A stretch of 64,000 nt of DNA, from contig CM120644.1 of NCBI GenBank assembly GCA_051362555.1, forward strand, positions 2,736,954 through 2,800,953, written 5' to 3'. This document shows, in pieces, positions 23,655 through 37,914 of the stretch (position 1 is its first letter; every line of letters starts with the position of its first letter). The DNA is from Lingula anatina. Its lineage: Eukaryota > Animalia > Brachiopoda. The notes beneath the pieces were generated by a model. The model saw nothing but the letters and a program-made list of their open reading frames with translations. It did no database searches and was not told where the DNA came from. The position numbers and the translations under genes were made by a program.

Positions 23655-26600
23655 AACTAGAGGATCAGAGAGGCGATACCGCCTCCGAATATTGTACCAC
23701 CAGCTGGAGCAAGTGCATTCGTATAGACCCCCACATACACAAAAGAAGGGACACAGCCACCAGTCTTATGCTTGACAAGCTGTAAAAATGCAATCAACAA
23801 GAATTTTCAAAATATGCAAAAAAATAAATATAACTTAAAATGGTACAATCAAAGTTAAGTTCATCGTAAGGTAGGTCAAAGGTCAATTTCAAGGTCACAG
23901 TAAATTGCCAGTATATGACTTCATATTCAACTTTAATGATAACTATGGACCTATCTCTGCCAGGTTTGGAGTTAAAAGAGAAAGAAATTTGCAAAGTTCA
24001 GTTCATAGTGAAAAGTAGGTCAAAGGTCAATTTCAAGGTCACATTTAGATTGCCAGTATATGACTTTCCATGCAAGTTCAATAGAAACTATGGACCTATC
24101 TCTGCCAGTTTTGGAGATAAAAGGGAACCAAAATTTGCAAAATTCAATTCATGATAAAAAGTAGGTCAAAGGTCAATTTCAAGGTCACACTTAGATTGCC
24201 AGTATATGACTTTCCATGCAAGTTCAATAGAAACTATGGACCTATCTCTGACTTCCTATTCAAGTTCAATAGTAACTATGGACCTATCTCTGCCAGTTTT
24301 GTAGATAAAAGGGAAAAAAAATATGTAAAGTTCAGTTCATGGTGAAAAGTAGGTCAAAGGTCAATTTCAAGGTCACATTTAGATTGCCAGTATATGACTT
24401 CCTATTCAACTTCAATAGTAACTATGGACCTATCTCTGCCAGTTTTGGAGATATAAGGGACTATATGTTTTAATTTTGGAGTTACCATAATGTGCCATAA
24501 ATTTCCTACAGAAAAAATTAATTAAAATAAAGAAAAGGTCATTTTGGTCAAAATTCTTGAAATAAGAGGTGCTCTGAAGTTCCAGATGTTCAAATTTGAT
24601 GAAATAATGTCATTTTTGACCACAAGTTGTCTGCTTTGCCAAGCCTTATGTTTTATTTTTCCGGAGTTCAAAATTTATTATCCATTACTGTACTCCACAT
24701 TTTGCTTTCACCACCAATATGTGCCAGTATATGACTTCCTATTCAAGTCCAATAAAAACTATGGACCTATCTCTGCCAGTTTTGGAGATAAAAGGGAAGT
24801 AAAATTTGCAAAGTTCAGTTCATGGTGAAAAGTAGGTCAAAGGTCAATTTCAAGGTCACAGTAAGATTGCCAGTATATGACTTCCTATTCAAGTTCAATA
24901 GTAATTATGGACCTATCTCTGCCAGTTTTGGAGATAAAAGGGAACCAAAATTTGCAAAGTTCAATTCATGATAAAAAGTAGGTCAAAGGTCAATTTCAAG
25001 GTCGAATTTAGATTGCCAGTATATGACTTCCTATTCAACTTCAATAGTAACTATGGACCTATCTCTGCCAGGTTTGGAGTTAAAAAAGAAAGAAATTAGC
25101 AGAGTTCAGTTCATGGTGAAAAGTAGGTCAAAGGGCAATTTCAAGGTCACATTTAGATTGCCAGTATATGACTTCCTATTCAACTTCAATAGTAACTATG
25201 GACCTATCTCTGCCAGTTTTGGAGATAAAAGGGAAGCAAAATTTGCAAAGTTCAGTTCATGGTGAAAAGTAGGTCAAAGGTCAATTTCAAGGTCACATTT
25301 AGATTGCCAGTATATGACTTCCTATTCATCTTCAATAGTAACTATGGACCTATCTCTGCCAGTTTTGGAGATAAAAGGGAACCAAAATTTGCAAAGTTCA
25401 ATTCATGATAAAAAGTAGGTCAAAGGTCAATTTCAAGGTCGAATTTAGATTGCCAGTATATGACTTCCTATTCAACTTCAAAAGTAACTATGGACCTATC
25501 TCTGCCAGGTTTGGAGTTTAAAGAGAAAGAAATTAGCAGAGTTCAGTTCATGGTGAAAAGTAGGTCAAAGGTCAATTTCAAGGTCACATTTAGATTGCCA
25601 GTATATGACTTCCTATTCAACTTCAATAGTAACTATGGACCTATCTCTGCCAGTTTTGGAGATAAAAGGGAAGCAAAATTTGCAAAGTTCAGTTCATGGT
25701 GAAAAGTAGGTCAAAGGTCAATTTCAAGGTCACATTTAGATTGCCAGTATATGACTTCATATTCAAGTTCAATAGAAGCTATAGACCTATCTCTGCCAGT
25801 TTTGGAGATAAAAGGGAAGCAAAATTTGCAAAGTTTAATTCATGGTGAAAAGTAGGTCAAAGGTCAATTTCAAGGTCGAATTTAGATTGCCAGTATATGA
25901 CTTCCTATTCAACTTCAATAGTAACTATGGACCTATCTCTGCCAGGTTTGGAGTTAAAAGAGAAAGAAATTAGCAGAGTTCAGTTCATAGTGAAAAGTAG
26001 GTCAAAGGTCAATTTCAAGGTCACATTTAGATTGCCAGTATATGACTTCCTATTCAACTTCAATAGTAACTATGGACTTATCTCTGCCAGTTTTGGAGAT
26101 AAAAGGGAAGCAAAATTTGCAAAGTTCAGTTCATGGTGAAAAGTAGGTCAAAGGTCAATTTCAAGGTCACATTTAGATTGCCAGTATATGACTTCCTATT
26201 CAACTTCAATAGTAACTATGGACCTATCTCTGCCAGTTTTGGAGATATAAGGGACTATATGTTTTAATTTTGGAGTTACCTTAATGTGCCATAAATTTCC
26301 TACAGAAGAAATTAATTAAAATAAAGAAAAGGTCATTTTGGTCGAAATTCTTGAAATAAGAGGTGCTCTGAAGTTCCAGATGTTCAAATTTGATGAAATA
26401 ATGTCATTTTTGACCACAAGTTGTCTGCTTTGCCAAGCCTTATGTTTTATTTTTCCAGAGTTCAAAATTTATTATCCATTACCGTACTGCACATTTTGCT
26501 TTCACCACCAATATGTACTTTTTGACACAGCGTAGCTCGAAAACCGTATGGAATACAAAAAAAACGGAGACCACCTCCAGTGTTGGGCTTTACATGCTCT

Positions 26601-27258
26601 ACAAAATGCAAAAAAGAATGGGTCTCTAGCATTAACGGTCCCCGAATTAGAGACAGTTTTCAGTTTCGGTATCTTATGGCCGCTACTCCCGTTAAAATGC
26701 ACCGATTGACCCCAAATTCACGGAGATGAAAGATGACCTGAAGGGTATCATTTTCCAATAATATTATTGGTTAAGTCTGTGTGGTGTCTGAATAACAGTG
26801 CAAATAATTTTTTTTTCGTAAAAAAATTCATTTTTTTGAAAAATTTGGCCTGTTTGACCTTGAAATAAAGGTCAAAGGTCAAATCCAAGGGCATATTTGA
26901 AATCTACACATATGACTTTTGGAAAGCCGTCTGTAGAAATTTTTCCCATAATTCCTTCCGTAGGGTAGATAATTAGCATTTAATTTTGCCATTTTTGGAC
27001 AAGGGTGCATTGCAATGAATGCCACACCTAGACCCCAATACCGACAAAGCCCAAATTTTACGTGGAACGAGTTGAGATTATAGGTGACCTAAATCCAAGA
27101 GATGGGTATGGGGGCCCTTACCGTCTAGGAGGAGAAGCGGTAACGGTAACATGGCGGCGGAGCCGCAGGAGCCGGCGGAGCCGCAGGAGCCGGCGGAACG
27201 GACCAGACGGGACTAAAACCATGTGTACCGCCAGCGCTAACGCTGGTGGTACAATGAT
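23655..27258 (+). mobile_element. Non-autonomous Helentron-type element (HINE family B) filling intron 2
   Basis: 5' end AACTAGAGG. Sub-terminal TGTACCACCAGC near 23693 is complementary to the 3' hairpin TGTACCGCCAGCG-CTAA-CGCTGGTGGTACA (27224-27253). A GGCGGAGCCGCAGGAGCC microsatellite precedes the hairpin. Confidence 0.8.
23850..26260 (+). repeat. About 146-bp satellite with 437-bp trimeric higher-order period
   Basis: Unit contains AGTAGGTCAAAGGTCAATTTCAAGGTCAC. Equivalent variant units start at 25023, 25460 and 25897. The ~270-bp spacer at about 24455-24722 is repeated at about 26250-26516. Confidence 0.92.
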
Positions 27259-27461
27259 AACCAAATTGATGTAAATCATCTTAAGAAAATGTGTCTATGG
27301 AGAACCTTGTGCATTGAATGTATTATGAAAAATAACTATACTTCAATATAAAAAAATCTCTTAATGGCTCTTATGAAAAAAATTTATTTAAAGAATATTT
27401 AGGTTAATTGGATCTATATTTAATAACTTTTTTGTGTGTGTGAGTGTGGCTTTTTGCTCAC

Positions 27462-27700
27462 CTGAACAGGACAATTTTCTGTTTCCAAAGGTTCTTCCTC
27501 CATTTCAGTTGGTTCTTGTTTGACTTCACACACCATCATTTCTATTTTGGATCTTCCTTCTTCTATTACTGGTTCAGATTTGGGTGCAGTGCCTGATGTT
27601 GAGGGCTCTGGTCCTGTTTTCAGATGGATGCCATGATTTATGTTGCTGGAACTTGTTGGTTCTTGCTTTATTCCACCTTTTGGCTTGTCTTCCGGTTCTC
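27462..27700 (-). CDS. Linker exon (exon 2) of the FADD-like adaptor
   Basis: Acceptor CTATTTCATAATAG| and donor CAG|GTGAGC. 239 nt, enters in phase 1 and exits in phase 0, with no stops: (G)EPEDKPKGGIKQEPTSS...VKQEPTEMEEEPLETENCPVQ. Not present in the ORF track. Confidence 0.85.
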
Positions 27701-28772
27701 CTATTATGAAATAGAATGCAAATCACAAGTGTAATAAAGGGTACCAGAGGAGACAGGATTGTGCCCGAAGTGACATGGTGTAAGACGTGAAGCTAAGTGG
27801 TCATTTTTAGCTGGAGCGGAATGGGAGTGGGGTGTGGAGTGTGTAATTATGTGTTTACAGCAGGGACTATACACTTTGCAAGTGAACTGGAAAAGACTTT
27901 GTTATTATAATGATTCAGTAACTTCAATGATTGTGAATCAGTGACTTGAAACTGAACAGTTTGCTATTTATGAAAGTGTTTAAGATCAGTGATTATTAAG
28001 GTATAAGGTTGTTTAAGGTAATAATGATAATGATTAGAAAATAAGTTAAAGGGGCCCATTGTTATGAAAGTGACAAGCTTATTTACAGGAGTAAACCTGC
28101 AGTTCAGATTGATTTAGGTTAAGTATTAGTTATTATAGATACACTTGGAAGTGAGCCAAAATATATAAGTAGTATCACCTTAATTATGGATTAATTTATT
28201 AATATTATAAGACATAACAAGACTTATTTTTATAGGATCTTATTATATACTATTGTATACTATCTCTGTGCTTGCTTATAAAAATAAAACAGGGAAGAAT
28301 GTTGTAATATGTGCCTGAAGCCTTGGTCACATGAGTTTGTAGAGTGGGGGAATTGTAGTGTGTGATGCACCATGTCAGGTGAACGATACTATGCAACGTT
28401 TCTACCACGATAATTTCATATATGAGGCTGTTTGTTTTATTCCTGACTCATCAAATTACATTGAATCAAAACAGGTGCAAAACCGTGCTTAGTTTGCATT
28501 CAATTTGTTTTGAAATATATACTACATCAATTGACAGCGCAACAAAGAGCATCAAGGGAAAAGAATTCTCGTGAGGCTGTAAATCATTGTCATGTGAAAT
28601 TTTTGCATGTATGTCATCTGACATGCCCATATTTAAGTATTTTGTTTTTGTTGTGTTTTATGGTAAGTTCTGCAATTATGATGATGCTTAAAGGACCTAG
28701 TGCAAACCTGGAAGTAATTTGCAACTAACAACTAAATTGCACCAAACCACGATCCCTGTGCAATGACTTATC

Positions 28773-31700
28773 TTTTTATGTACAGACACATATAGCCGTC
28801 ATCTGCGTCTGTCGTCGCCGTCGTCGCCGTGCACTTTTACCGACAACACGATAAGTGGATAACTGTTTTTTCTTTTGGCTTGAAACTTACAGAACTGATG
28901 AATATTCATAATACGCAGGTCAAGTTCGAAAATCAGCATGATCGGGTCACTTATAGGGAATTTATGCTGTTTTTTCACTTTTTTCAGCATGTATGCAGCA
29001 CTGATAACACGATAAGTGGAAAACCGTTTTACCTTTTGGCTTGAAACTTACAGAACTGATGAATATTCATAATATGCAGGTCAAGTTTGAAAATCAGCGT
29101 GATTGGATCATTTTTAGTGAATTTAGGCTATTTTTTCTCTTTTTTTCAGCATATATTCAGCACCGATAACACCATCAATGGAAAACCATTTTACCTTTTG
29201 GCTTGAAACTTACAGAACTGATGATAATTCATAATACGCAGATCTAGTTTGAAAATCAGCATGATTGGGTCATTTTTAGTGAATTTAGGCTATTTTTTTT
29301 TTCACTTTTTTTTCAGCATTTTTGCAACACCGAAAACACAATAAATGAAAAGCTGTTTTACCCTTTGGCTTGAAACATACAGAACTGATAAATATTCATA
29401 ATACACAGGTCGAGTTTGAAAATCAGCATGATTGGGCCACTTTTATGGAAGTTAAGCTGTTTTTTCACTTTTTTTCATATAAGCAACACTGTTAACACAA
29501 TATAAGAAAAACAGATAGGCCAATTGTCATAATACTCATGGGAGTGGCCAATCTTACTAAAACGCAGGTGGTGTTGGAAAATCAGCATAATCGGTCCATT
29601 ATTTTAGAAGTTATGCTGTTTTTTTACATTTTCTCACATTCAATTCTTAGGCATGTTAACAGTCTCATTATTGAACTAATAAGATATGTAAATGTGTTTG
29701 TTTAGCATTTCCTGCATCTTTACAACATTGTTAGTTGATTTTGTAAAAATGATAGTAAACTTGTTATCGTGTTTTGTGTAATAAAGTGTCAAAAATGGAA
29801 ATAAACTCATATCATTGCAGTTTGTCAGATTCAATCATCCACTATGTTCAGAATCTCATAATGGAGGAAATTGGACATATAACACTGTCTTATTGATATT
29901 TTTCCCATCTCATCAATTTTCTTAGTTGGTCATATAAAAATGGCAGTAAACTGTTTATTTTGTTTTATGTTAAAAAAAGTCTTAAAAATGGTAATAAACC
30001 CATTTCAGAACAGTGCTGTCTTGTTTCACTTTTTTCAGCATTTATGTAGCACCGATAACACGATAAGTAAAATACCGTTTTACTTTTTGGCTTGAAACTT
30101 ACAGAACTGATGAATATTCATAATACGCAGGTCAAGTTCGAAAATCAGCATGATCGGGTCACTTATAGGGAATTTATGCTGTTTTTTCACTTTTTTCAGC
30201 ATGTATGCAGCACTGATAACACGATAAGTGGAAAACCGTTTTACCTTTTGGCTTGAAACTTACAGAACTGATGAATATTCATAATATGCAGGTCAAGTTC
30301 GAAAATCAGCGTGATTGGATCATTTTTAGTGAATTTAGGCCATTTTTTCACTTTTTTCAGCATATATACAGCACCGATAACACCATAAATGGAAAACCAT
30401 TTTACCTTTTGGCTTGAAACTTACAGAACTGATGATAATTCATAATACGCAGATCTAGTTTGAAAATCAGCATGATTGGGTCATTTTTAGTGAATTTAGG
30501 CTATTTTTTTTTTCACTTTTTTTTCAGCATTTTTGCAACACCGAAAACACAATAAATGAAAAGCTGTTTTACCCTTTGGCTTGAAACATACAGAACTGAT
30601 AAATATATATAATACACAGGTCGAGTTTGAAAATCAGCATGATTGGGCCACTTTTATGGAAGTTAAGCTGTTTTTTCACTTTTTTTCATATATGCAACAC
30701 TGTTAACACAATATAAGAAAAACAGATAGGCCATTTGTCATAATACTCATGGGAGTGGCCAATCTTACTAAAACGCAGGTTGAGTTGGAAAATCAGCATA
30801 ATCGGTCCATTATTTTAGAAGTTATGCTGTTTTTTTACATTTTCTCACATTCAATTCTTAGGCATGTTAACAGTCTCATTATTGAACTAATAAGATATGT
30901 AAATGTGTTTGTTTAGCATTTCCTGCATCTTTACAACATTGTTAGTTGATTTTGTAAAAATGATAGTAAACTTGTTATCGTGTTTTGTGTAATAAAGTGT
31001 CAAAAATGGAAATAAACTCATATCATTGCAGTTTGTCAGATTCAATCATCCACTATGTTCAGAATCTCATAATGGAGGAAATTGGACATATAACACTGTC
31101 TTATTGATATTTTTCCCATCTCATCAATTTTCTTAGTTGGTCATATAAAAATGGCAGTAAACTGTTTATTTTGTTTTATGTTAAAAAAAGTCTTAAAAAT
31201 GGTAATAAACCCATTTCAGAACAGTGCTGTCTTGTTTCACTTTTTTCAGCATTTATGTAGCACCGATAACACGATAAGTAAAATGCCATTTTACTTTTTG
31301 GCTTGAAACTTACAGAACTGATTAATATTTATAATAAGCAGGTCAAGTTTCAAATTCAGCATGATCCGGCCAATTTTAGGGAAGTTATGATTTTTTTTTT
31401 TTAATTTTCAGCATTTTTGTAACACGGAAAACAGGATCAGTGTAAAAATGTTTTTCTTTTTGGATTGAAACTGATGAATATTCATAATACGCATTTCAAG
31501 TTCGAAAATTGGCTTGATTGGACTATATTTACAACTGTTATGCTGTTTTTTCCCTTATTCAGAATATATGCAACACTGATAACACATTTTAAGGAAAACC
31601 AATCAGCCTTTTGTCTTGCAACTCACAGCAGTGATTAGTCTGACTAGTATACAGATCAAGTTTGAAAATAAGCTTGATCAGTTAAGTTTTGATGAAGTTA

Positions 31701-34700
31701 TTAGCCTTTTTGTATATAAGTGTTTTTTTTCTTCAGATTTAATTCTTAGGCATGTTAACAGTCTCATTATGGAACTAATTAGACATGTAAAAGTGTTGTT
31801 TTGACATTTTCTGCTTCTTAACAATATTGTTAGTTGATTATATAAAAATGATGGTAAACCTGTTATCATGCATTGTGTAATAAAGTATCAAAAATAGAAA
31901 GGAACTCATCATTGCAGTTTGTCAGATCCAATCATTCACTATGTTCAGAATCTGTGAATGGAGCAAATTGGACATTTGAAATTGTTCTATTGATATTTTT
32001 CCTATGTCGACAATTTTCCTAGATGATCATTTAAAAATGACAGTAAATGGATTATTTTGTTTTATGTAAAAAGGTGTTGAAAATGGAAAGAAAATCATTT
32101 CAGTACAGTTATCTCTTGTTTACATTTTGGCATTTTGAATATGTGACTCTGAACTTCCATGGTCTTGAAGACCTTCCCATATCACATTTTCTGAATATCC
32201 ATGATACTTTTATTTTTTTATAAAAAATTGATGGTCATTATGCTGTTAAGTATTGTGTTATATTGCATGAAAGTTGAAGAAACCTGTATTTTGGACACTG
32301 CTGCCAGGATAGCGATTAAGGGAAAACCATGTTACTTATGATACTCAAATGTACTGAAAAGTTTCATAAGACTGAAGTGCAGCTTGTGTTGGAAAACCAG
32401 TGTGATTGTTTTCTGTTTTGGAAGCAATGCAGTTCTATAGAGTGAACTATGGTGCAATAAATGTATATGGCAGTATATTAATTCAGGATCACAAACTAAT
32501 TTGCTTAATTAATTTCCGAGTGGCCATTAAATGAGATTACATAAAACACACCTTCATAACGTAATTTGCTTAATTAATTTTCAAGTGGCCATTAAATGAG
32601 ATTACATAAAACACTCGATGAGATTTCATTGTAAAGTCCCCTGGGTATATCTCTCTTAACTGTGTCACATAATTAGGAATCAATGATTATTGTGCAGGTA
32701 AATGTTAGTCATGTTAGTAATTACACAGCTAGATTTAAAGTTTGGATAGCAGCTTATTGGAATTTTTTGTTTTGTTTTATTTTACATTTTCTTTTAATTA
32801 TTTTTCAAACACTAGCATCTTCAAGATATTACTTTCAACTCCCATCCACCAGAAGCACTGTGCATTTTCTGTTTTTCCACATAAGGAGTTGTGTTGGTTT
32901 TTATGTCTTTAAACATTGTGTAATTATATTATTTTATGCACTGTCATCTTTTTTCACATATTGGGATTTTCATTATGTGAATTTGAACTCCCACATATGG
33001 TCCTGAAACTGTAATCTTATTGACCATGTTATTCTGTTGTACATTTTGTGAAATTTTATCTTTCACATACTGGAATTTTCATTGTGGGACTTATAACTCC
33101 CAAGGACATGTAACATTTAACTTTTATTGATACGACCTGTTGTGCAATATTTGCAACATGACTGTTCTTTTTGGCAAATAATTAATTTTTTTTAAGTGTT
33201 TTTTTTTTTTTTTTTGTTATAATCTTTTAAGAAATTATTACAAAGTATAGCCATCTATGGATGTCACATGGTCTGATGACAAGTTCAGATATCAGAATAA
33301 TAGCTATGACTGCCCTTTTTGTAGTAAAACAAAATATATTATATTTCTGTGAGTTGTTTACACTGTTTAAACTCAAGTTGGATGATTCATATCATGGTTA
33401 TGCACCTAGACTGAATGGCAGCTTTAGTGGAATATTTTTGTAATTTTTTCTTTAATTTTTAATTTTTCAAACTGGCATTTTTAAGATGTTTTCACTTTTC
33501 AGCATATATGCAACACTGTAAACACATTTCAAGAAAAAAAACGATAGGCCTGTTGTCATGAAACTCGCTGGGGTAATGGATCTCACTAAATTGAGGTCAA
33601 GTTCGAAAAGCGGCATGATCGGGCCACTATTTTAGTAGTTATGCTTTTTTTCCCCACTTTTCAGCATATATGCAACACTATAAACACAATATAAGGAAAG
33701 CAGATAGGCCAATTGTCATTAAACTCACAGGAGTGGTCAGTGCTGCTAAAACACAGGTTGAGTTCGAAAATCAGCATAATCGGGCCATTATTTTAGAAGT
33801 TATGTTGTTTTTTTACATTTTCTCACATTCAATTCTTAGGCATGTTAACAGTCTCATTATTGAACTAATAAGATATGTAAATGTGTTTGTTTAGCATTTC
33901 CTGCATCTTTACAACATTGTTAGTTGATTTTGTAAAAATGATAGTAAACTTGTTATCGTGTTTTGTGTAATAAAGTTTCAAAAGTGGAAATAAACTCATG
34001 TCATAGCAGTTTGTCAGATTCAATCATTCACTATGTTCAGAATCTCAGAATGGAAGAAATTGGACATTTAACACTGCTCTATTGATATTTTTCTTACTTG
34101 ATCATATAAAAGTGGCAGTAAACTGTTAATTTTGTTTTATGTTTAAAAAAAAAACATTTCAGAACAGTGCTGTCTTGTTTACATTTTGGCATTTTCAAGT
34201 TGTGACTTTGAAGTTCCATGGGCCTGAAGACCTTCCCATATCACATTTTCTGAATATCCATGATACTAATATTTTATTATTAAAAATTGATGGTCATTAT
34301 GCTGTTAAACGTTATGTAATATTGCATCAAAAAAACTATTTTGGGCACTGCTCCCATGATGACCATTTAAGAAAAATCAGGTCACTTACTGTTCTCAAAC
34401 TTACAGGAAAGAAACATGGGACTAAAATACAGCTTCAGTAGGCAATGCAGTCTGTTTGGTAATTCTTACTGCCAGTTAAACAGTTTTTTTTTTTTTTTTT
34501 GTGAAAATTTAAATTTTCACAAGATATGCTTGAAGACAGTTGTATTGCTAGTCACATTTTCTGAAAATCCATGATACGTATATTTTAATTTTAAAAAATT
34601 GACGGTCTTTATGCTGTTAACCATTATGTAATATTGCATCAGAATAGAAGAAAACACTTTTTTGGGTGCTGCTGCCATGATGACCATTATGGGAAAACCA

Positions 34701-35021
34701 TGTTATTTATGATTGCCAAACTTTCAAAAAAGAAATACAGGGCTAAAATGCAGCCTGAGTTGGAAAAGTAGTCTAATTGGCTTCTTTTTCTGGAAGTTAT
34801 ACATTTTCAAAGTGTGAACTTGAACTCCCATGGGCCTGAAGCCTTATGCTTGTTACACATTTTACTTACATTGGTATTACCTGTTGAGCATAATTAAACT
34901 TTAATGTTGAATTTGCAGTTCAACATAATGTACTTTTGCATCAGAATTGACAGTAGCCTATTTTATGCATAGTTATTTCCGGTTTTTTGTCTGTACATTT
35001 GACAGCTTTGCTGCCTTGTTT
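28773..35021 (-). mobile_element. HINE family A composite copy on the minus strand, with 161-bp satellite and a 1.2-kb internal duplication
   Basis: 3' end (partly deleted hairpin plus microsatellite) at 28773-28830. 5' end TGTCTGTACATTTGACAGCTTTGCTGCCTTGTT at 34988-35020. ATCGGGTCACTTATAGG occurs at 28941 and 30153 (period 1212). Confidence 0.75.
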
Positions 35022-36354
35022 AAAAGTAACTGTGATGGGTTTTTAGACGGTTATATGTCCAGCTGACATAAAATTTCACATATATGATCATATTTATACA
35101 CCTTTTTCACAAAGATAGGCACTAACTTCAAGGGATAATAACTGTTCATTTTGGCCAAAAAATGAATTTTTCCTAGGTAAATCAATTTTCCCATACTAAC
35201 TAATGGTTGATGAATCCATTTCTACATCCAAAGATGGCCTCAGTTTTTTAAAAAGTTAGTTTTAAAATAGCCATCTATGGAGATCATGTACATGTAGCCC
35301 AACGACAAGCACAGATTTCAGTTTACAGGATAATACCTAAGTTTTGGCCAAAAAAATGGAATTTTCCTGGAGTAAATAACAATTTCCCCATCCTTACCAA
35401 TGGTTAATGAATCCATTTTTACATTCAAATTCAAATACATTCATTTTTACATTTTTACATTCAAAGTTTGTATAGCCATCAATGGAGGTCATGTGGTCTA
35501 AAGACAAGCCCAGAAATCAGAATAATAACTATAACTGCCGTTTTTGTGGCAAAACAGAATATATATTTCTGTGAGTTGTTCACAATGTTTTTATTGTGAA
35601 ATATAGATCTCATACGAAGAGTTATTATCCCTTTAAATGCTATAACTGCTGTTTTTGTGGTAAAATATTTCTATATTTATATATATATTTCTGAATTGTT
35701 TACAATGTATTTATTATGAAATATAGATCTTATACAAAGAGTTGTTATCCCTCTGAATGTTATGAGAATATATGTACTGTGTGTGTGTGTGTATATATAT
35801 ATTTGGTGAGCTGACCACAAATCTGACAGGTAATTAAGAAAAGGTTAATCTACTAATAATTTCAAAGCCATTGATTGACGATATTATGCAGTACTCAGTT
35901 GTGAATCGCTTCTGAGAGGTAGCTATAAGATAAAACCTGACCAGTTTCTCAAGACTATTAATTGACAGCCTGAAGCAGATGATTGCCAGTCTGAATTTGC
36001 TTGTAGAGGCTGTAGTAGCTATAAGTGGCTGTCAGAATGTCATCTTTGTCATGGCATTTGTCACTGATTAGGTTGTCCAGTGGTTTGTTTAAAGGTTTAT
36101 CGCCAGGCTGTCAGAATGGCCTGAATGGAGCATACATATTCTTCAGAAAACATGCCCAGCTAATGACATGTTAATCAAAATACACAAATTTGGAGATAAT
36201 TTTGTAAATTTTGAGCTTCAAAAATCTCCCTTTTAGCTAGGTATGGGAGTTTATGAGCTATGTGATCATATTGTCCGGTGATAACAATTGTGTCACTGGA
36301 GGTGAGAGCCAGTTCAATAAGCCGTCAAAATGAGCTGCCATTATCTACCTCTAA

Positions 36355-37072
36355 TAGTGCATTCCCAGAGATTTAGATCGATCCAGAGATTTAGATCGAC
36401 CTAACTCCCTGGGGGTTCATGCTAAATTGCAGTCAGCCAAGCGCGCACCATAGTTAATTACATGTACCCCCTTACAGCTTTTAGTAGGTGGGACAGACGC
36501 TTAAGCCAGTGTGGCATAATAGACCCGTTCTGTGACAAAATCGTTCTGCACATGCACATTAAGGGTAGATGGCAAGAAGGAACTTCCGGTATGACGATGT
36601 CGTCCTAAGTAGGCCCTATGTTTGCACTGAACTATGATCTTTCAATTCATAATTCAGTGGTTCTCGTCATGAGAGAGTATGTATTTGATAATCTTATAAC
36701 TATATGAATGCTGGAAATGAGCTTTTGATCGTGACTGAACTGTTTTGCTGTGAGAAAAACGTGGTAGATATAAGACTTGAGTATAAATGTTTTCACTCTA
36801 CAATGTTCTTTCAATTCAGAGTTAAAGTAATTTTCGTTAAAAAGGAAATTGTGTGTTTGATAATACTATAACTTTCTCTACGGGAAAATGTTGGAAATGC
36901 ATGTGCAGCTACGTACTGTAAGTCAACGGACTGCTAACCCCGCTTGAATAATCCGTCAGAACGTTTTTTTTATGACGACGGTTTCTTCACGTGACACCGG
37001 CTTAGCTGACAATAATCTAGTGAGACTCCCCACAGGGATAGATCAATCTAAAATCTATGGGAATGGGGTCTA
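36355..37072. mobile_element. MITE of the 10826 family carrying a ~490-bp internal insert
   Basis: Both halves match 10826-11024. Extra sequence lies between TTAAGCC (~36507) and GGCTTAG (~37000). Confidence 0.65.
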
Positions 37073-37347
37073 TGACGACTTTTCAAACTACTCATATCAA
37101 TTCATACCCATTCCCTCATTAAACTGTTTAATTTTGAAACATTGTTAAGCAAAAACAATTTAATTAGCTTGGAAACACTTTGCTTTGTAAAATAAATTTT
37201 TTGATGTATTTCTGCCCAATCGTTTGGTAGACAGGACATTTAAGAATAAAATGAAATTCATCCTCAGTGTCATTTAAAATAAATAGTTTACAGGTACTTA
37301 ATTTTAATTTTTTTCTGTTTACCTTCCAGTTTCTACAGCTATATTAT

Positions 37348-37914
37348 CAGGGTACGAAATAAGGACCGTCCGGCAGCCCGGGACGGCTCAATTATCACCC
37401 GGGCGGTCTCTTTCCAAAAGTTGTCAGTCCGTCTGTCTGGCCTCTAAAATAATTGTATGTCAATATGTACGTTCAAATTAAGCAGATTAGGTTGAAATAA
37501 AACGAAAACAATGAAGCTCACCCTTCAAGAAATCGACACTCGAAACAAATAAACGAAAACCGAAAGTAGGTCATACATGCTTGTTTCACCTTTTTCCCCG
37601 TCATGCCTTGCGCAAAGACCCTTCACCGCCTTCACCGTGTTATGAAACGTCTGATACAAAGTATCAAACGCGGCATTTATATGCTTGTTTACGAGACAAA
37701 TAACGAACGATGTGTGGTCATTCAAGTTCAGAACAACACAATCTCGTCTAATTACGCAGTTAAAGTTTTGATTCTTCTATAATCTGTAATTGTAATTGTA
37801 CGACATCTTTCTCATAAAAAAATTAAGTCACGACTCACGTGGACTATACAAGATTCCGCAGTCAGGATTACCCCTGTCGCAGTCTACCCTCTGTAAGTAT
37901 TTTGGTGCTAATAA
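37348..37914 (+). mobile_element. Left arm of a hAT-like non-autonomous element (outer copy), resuming at about 39653
   Basis: Starts CAGGGTACGAAAT. Near-duplicate of 37915-38440. Its continuation ATGCCCCAGCACGTAAGAAA is at 39661. Confidence 0.75.

Noticed and set aside
23915-26702. Repeated 64-94-aa ORFs (MTSYSTSIVTMDLS... and similar)
   Set aside because: These are chance translations of satellite monomers.
27062-27274. Protamine-like RRSRRSRRS ORF, and the DDGDDG ORF at 7508-7732
   Set aside because: Both are translations of the microsatellites that precede HINE terminal hairpins.
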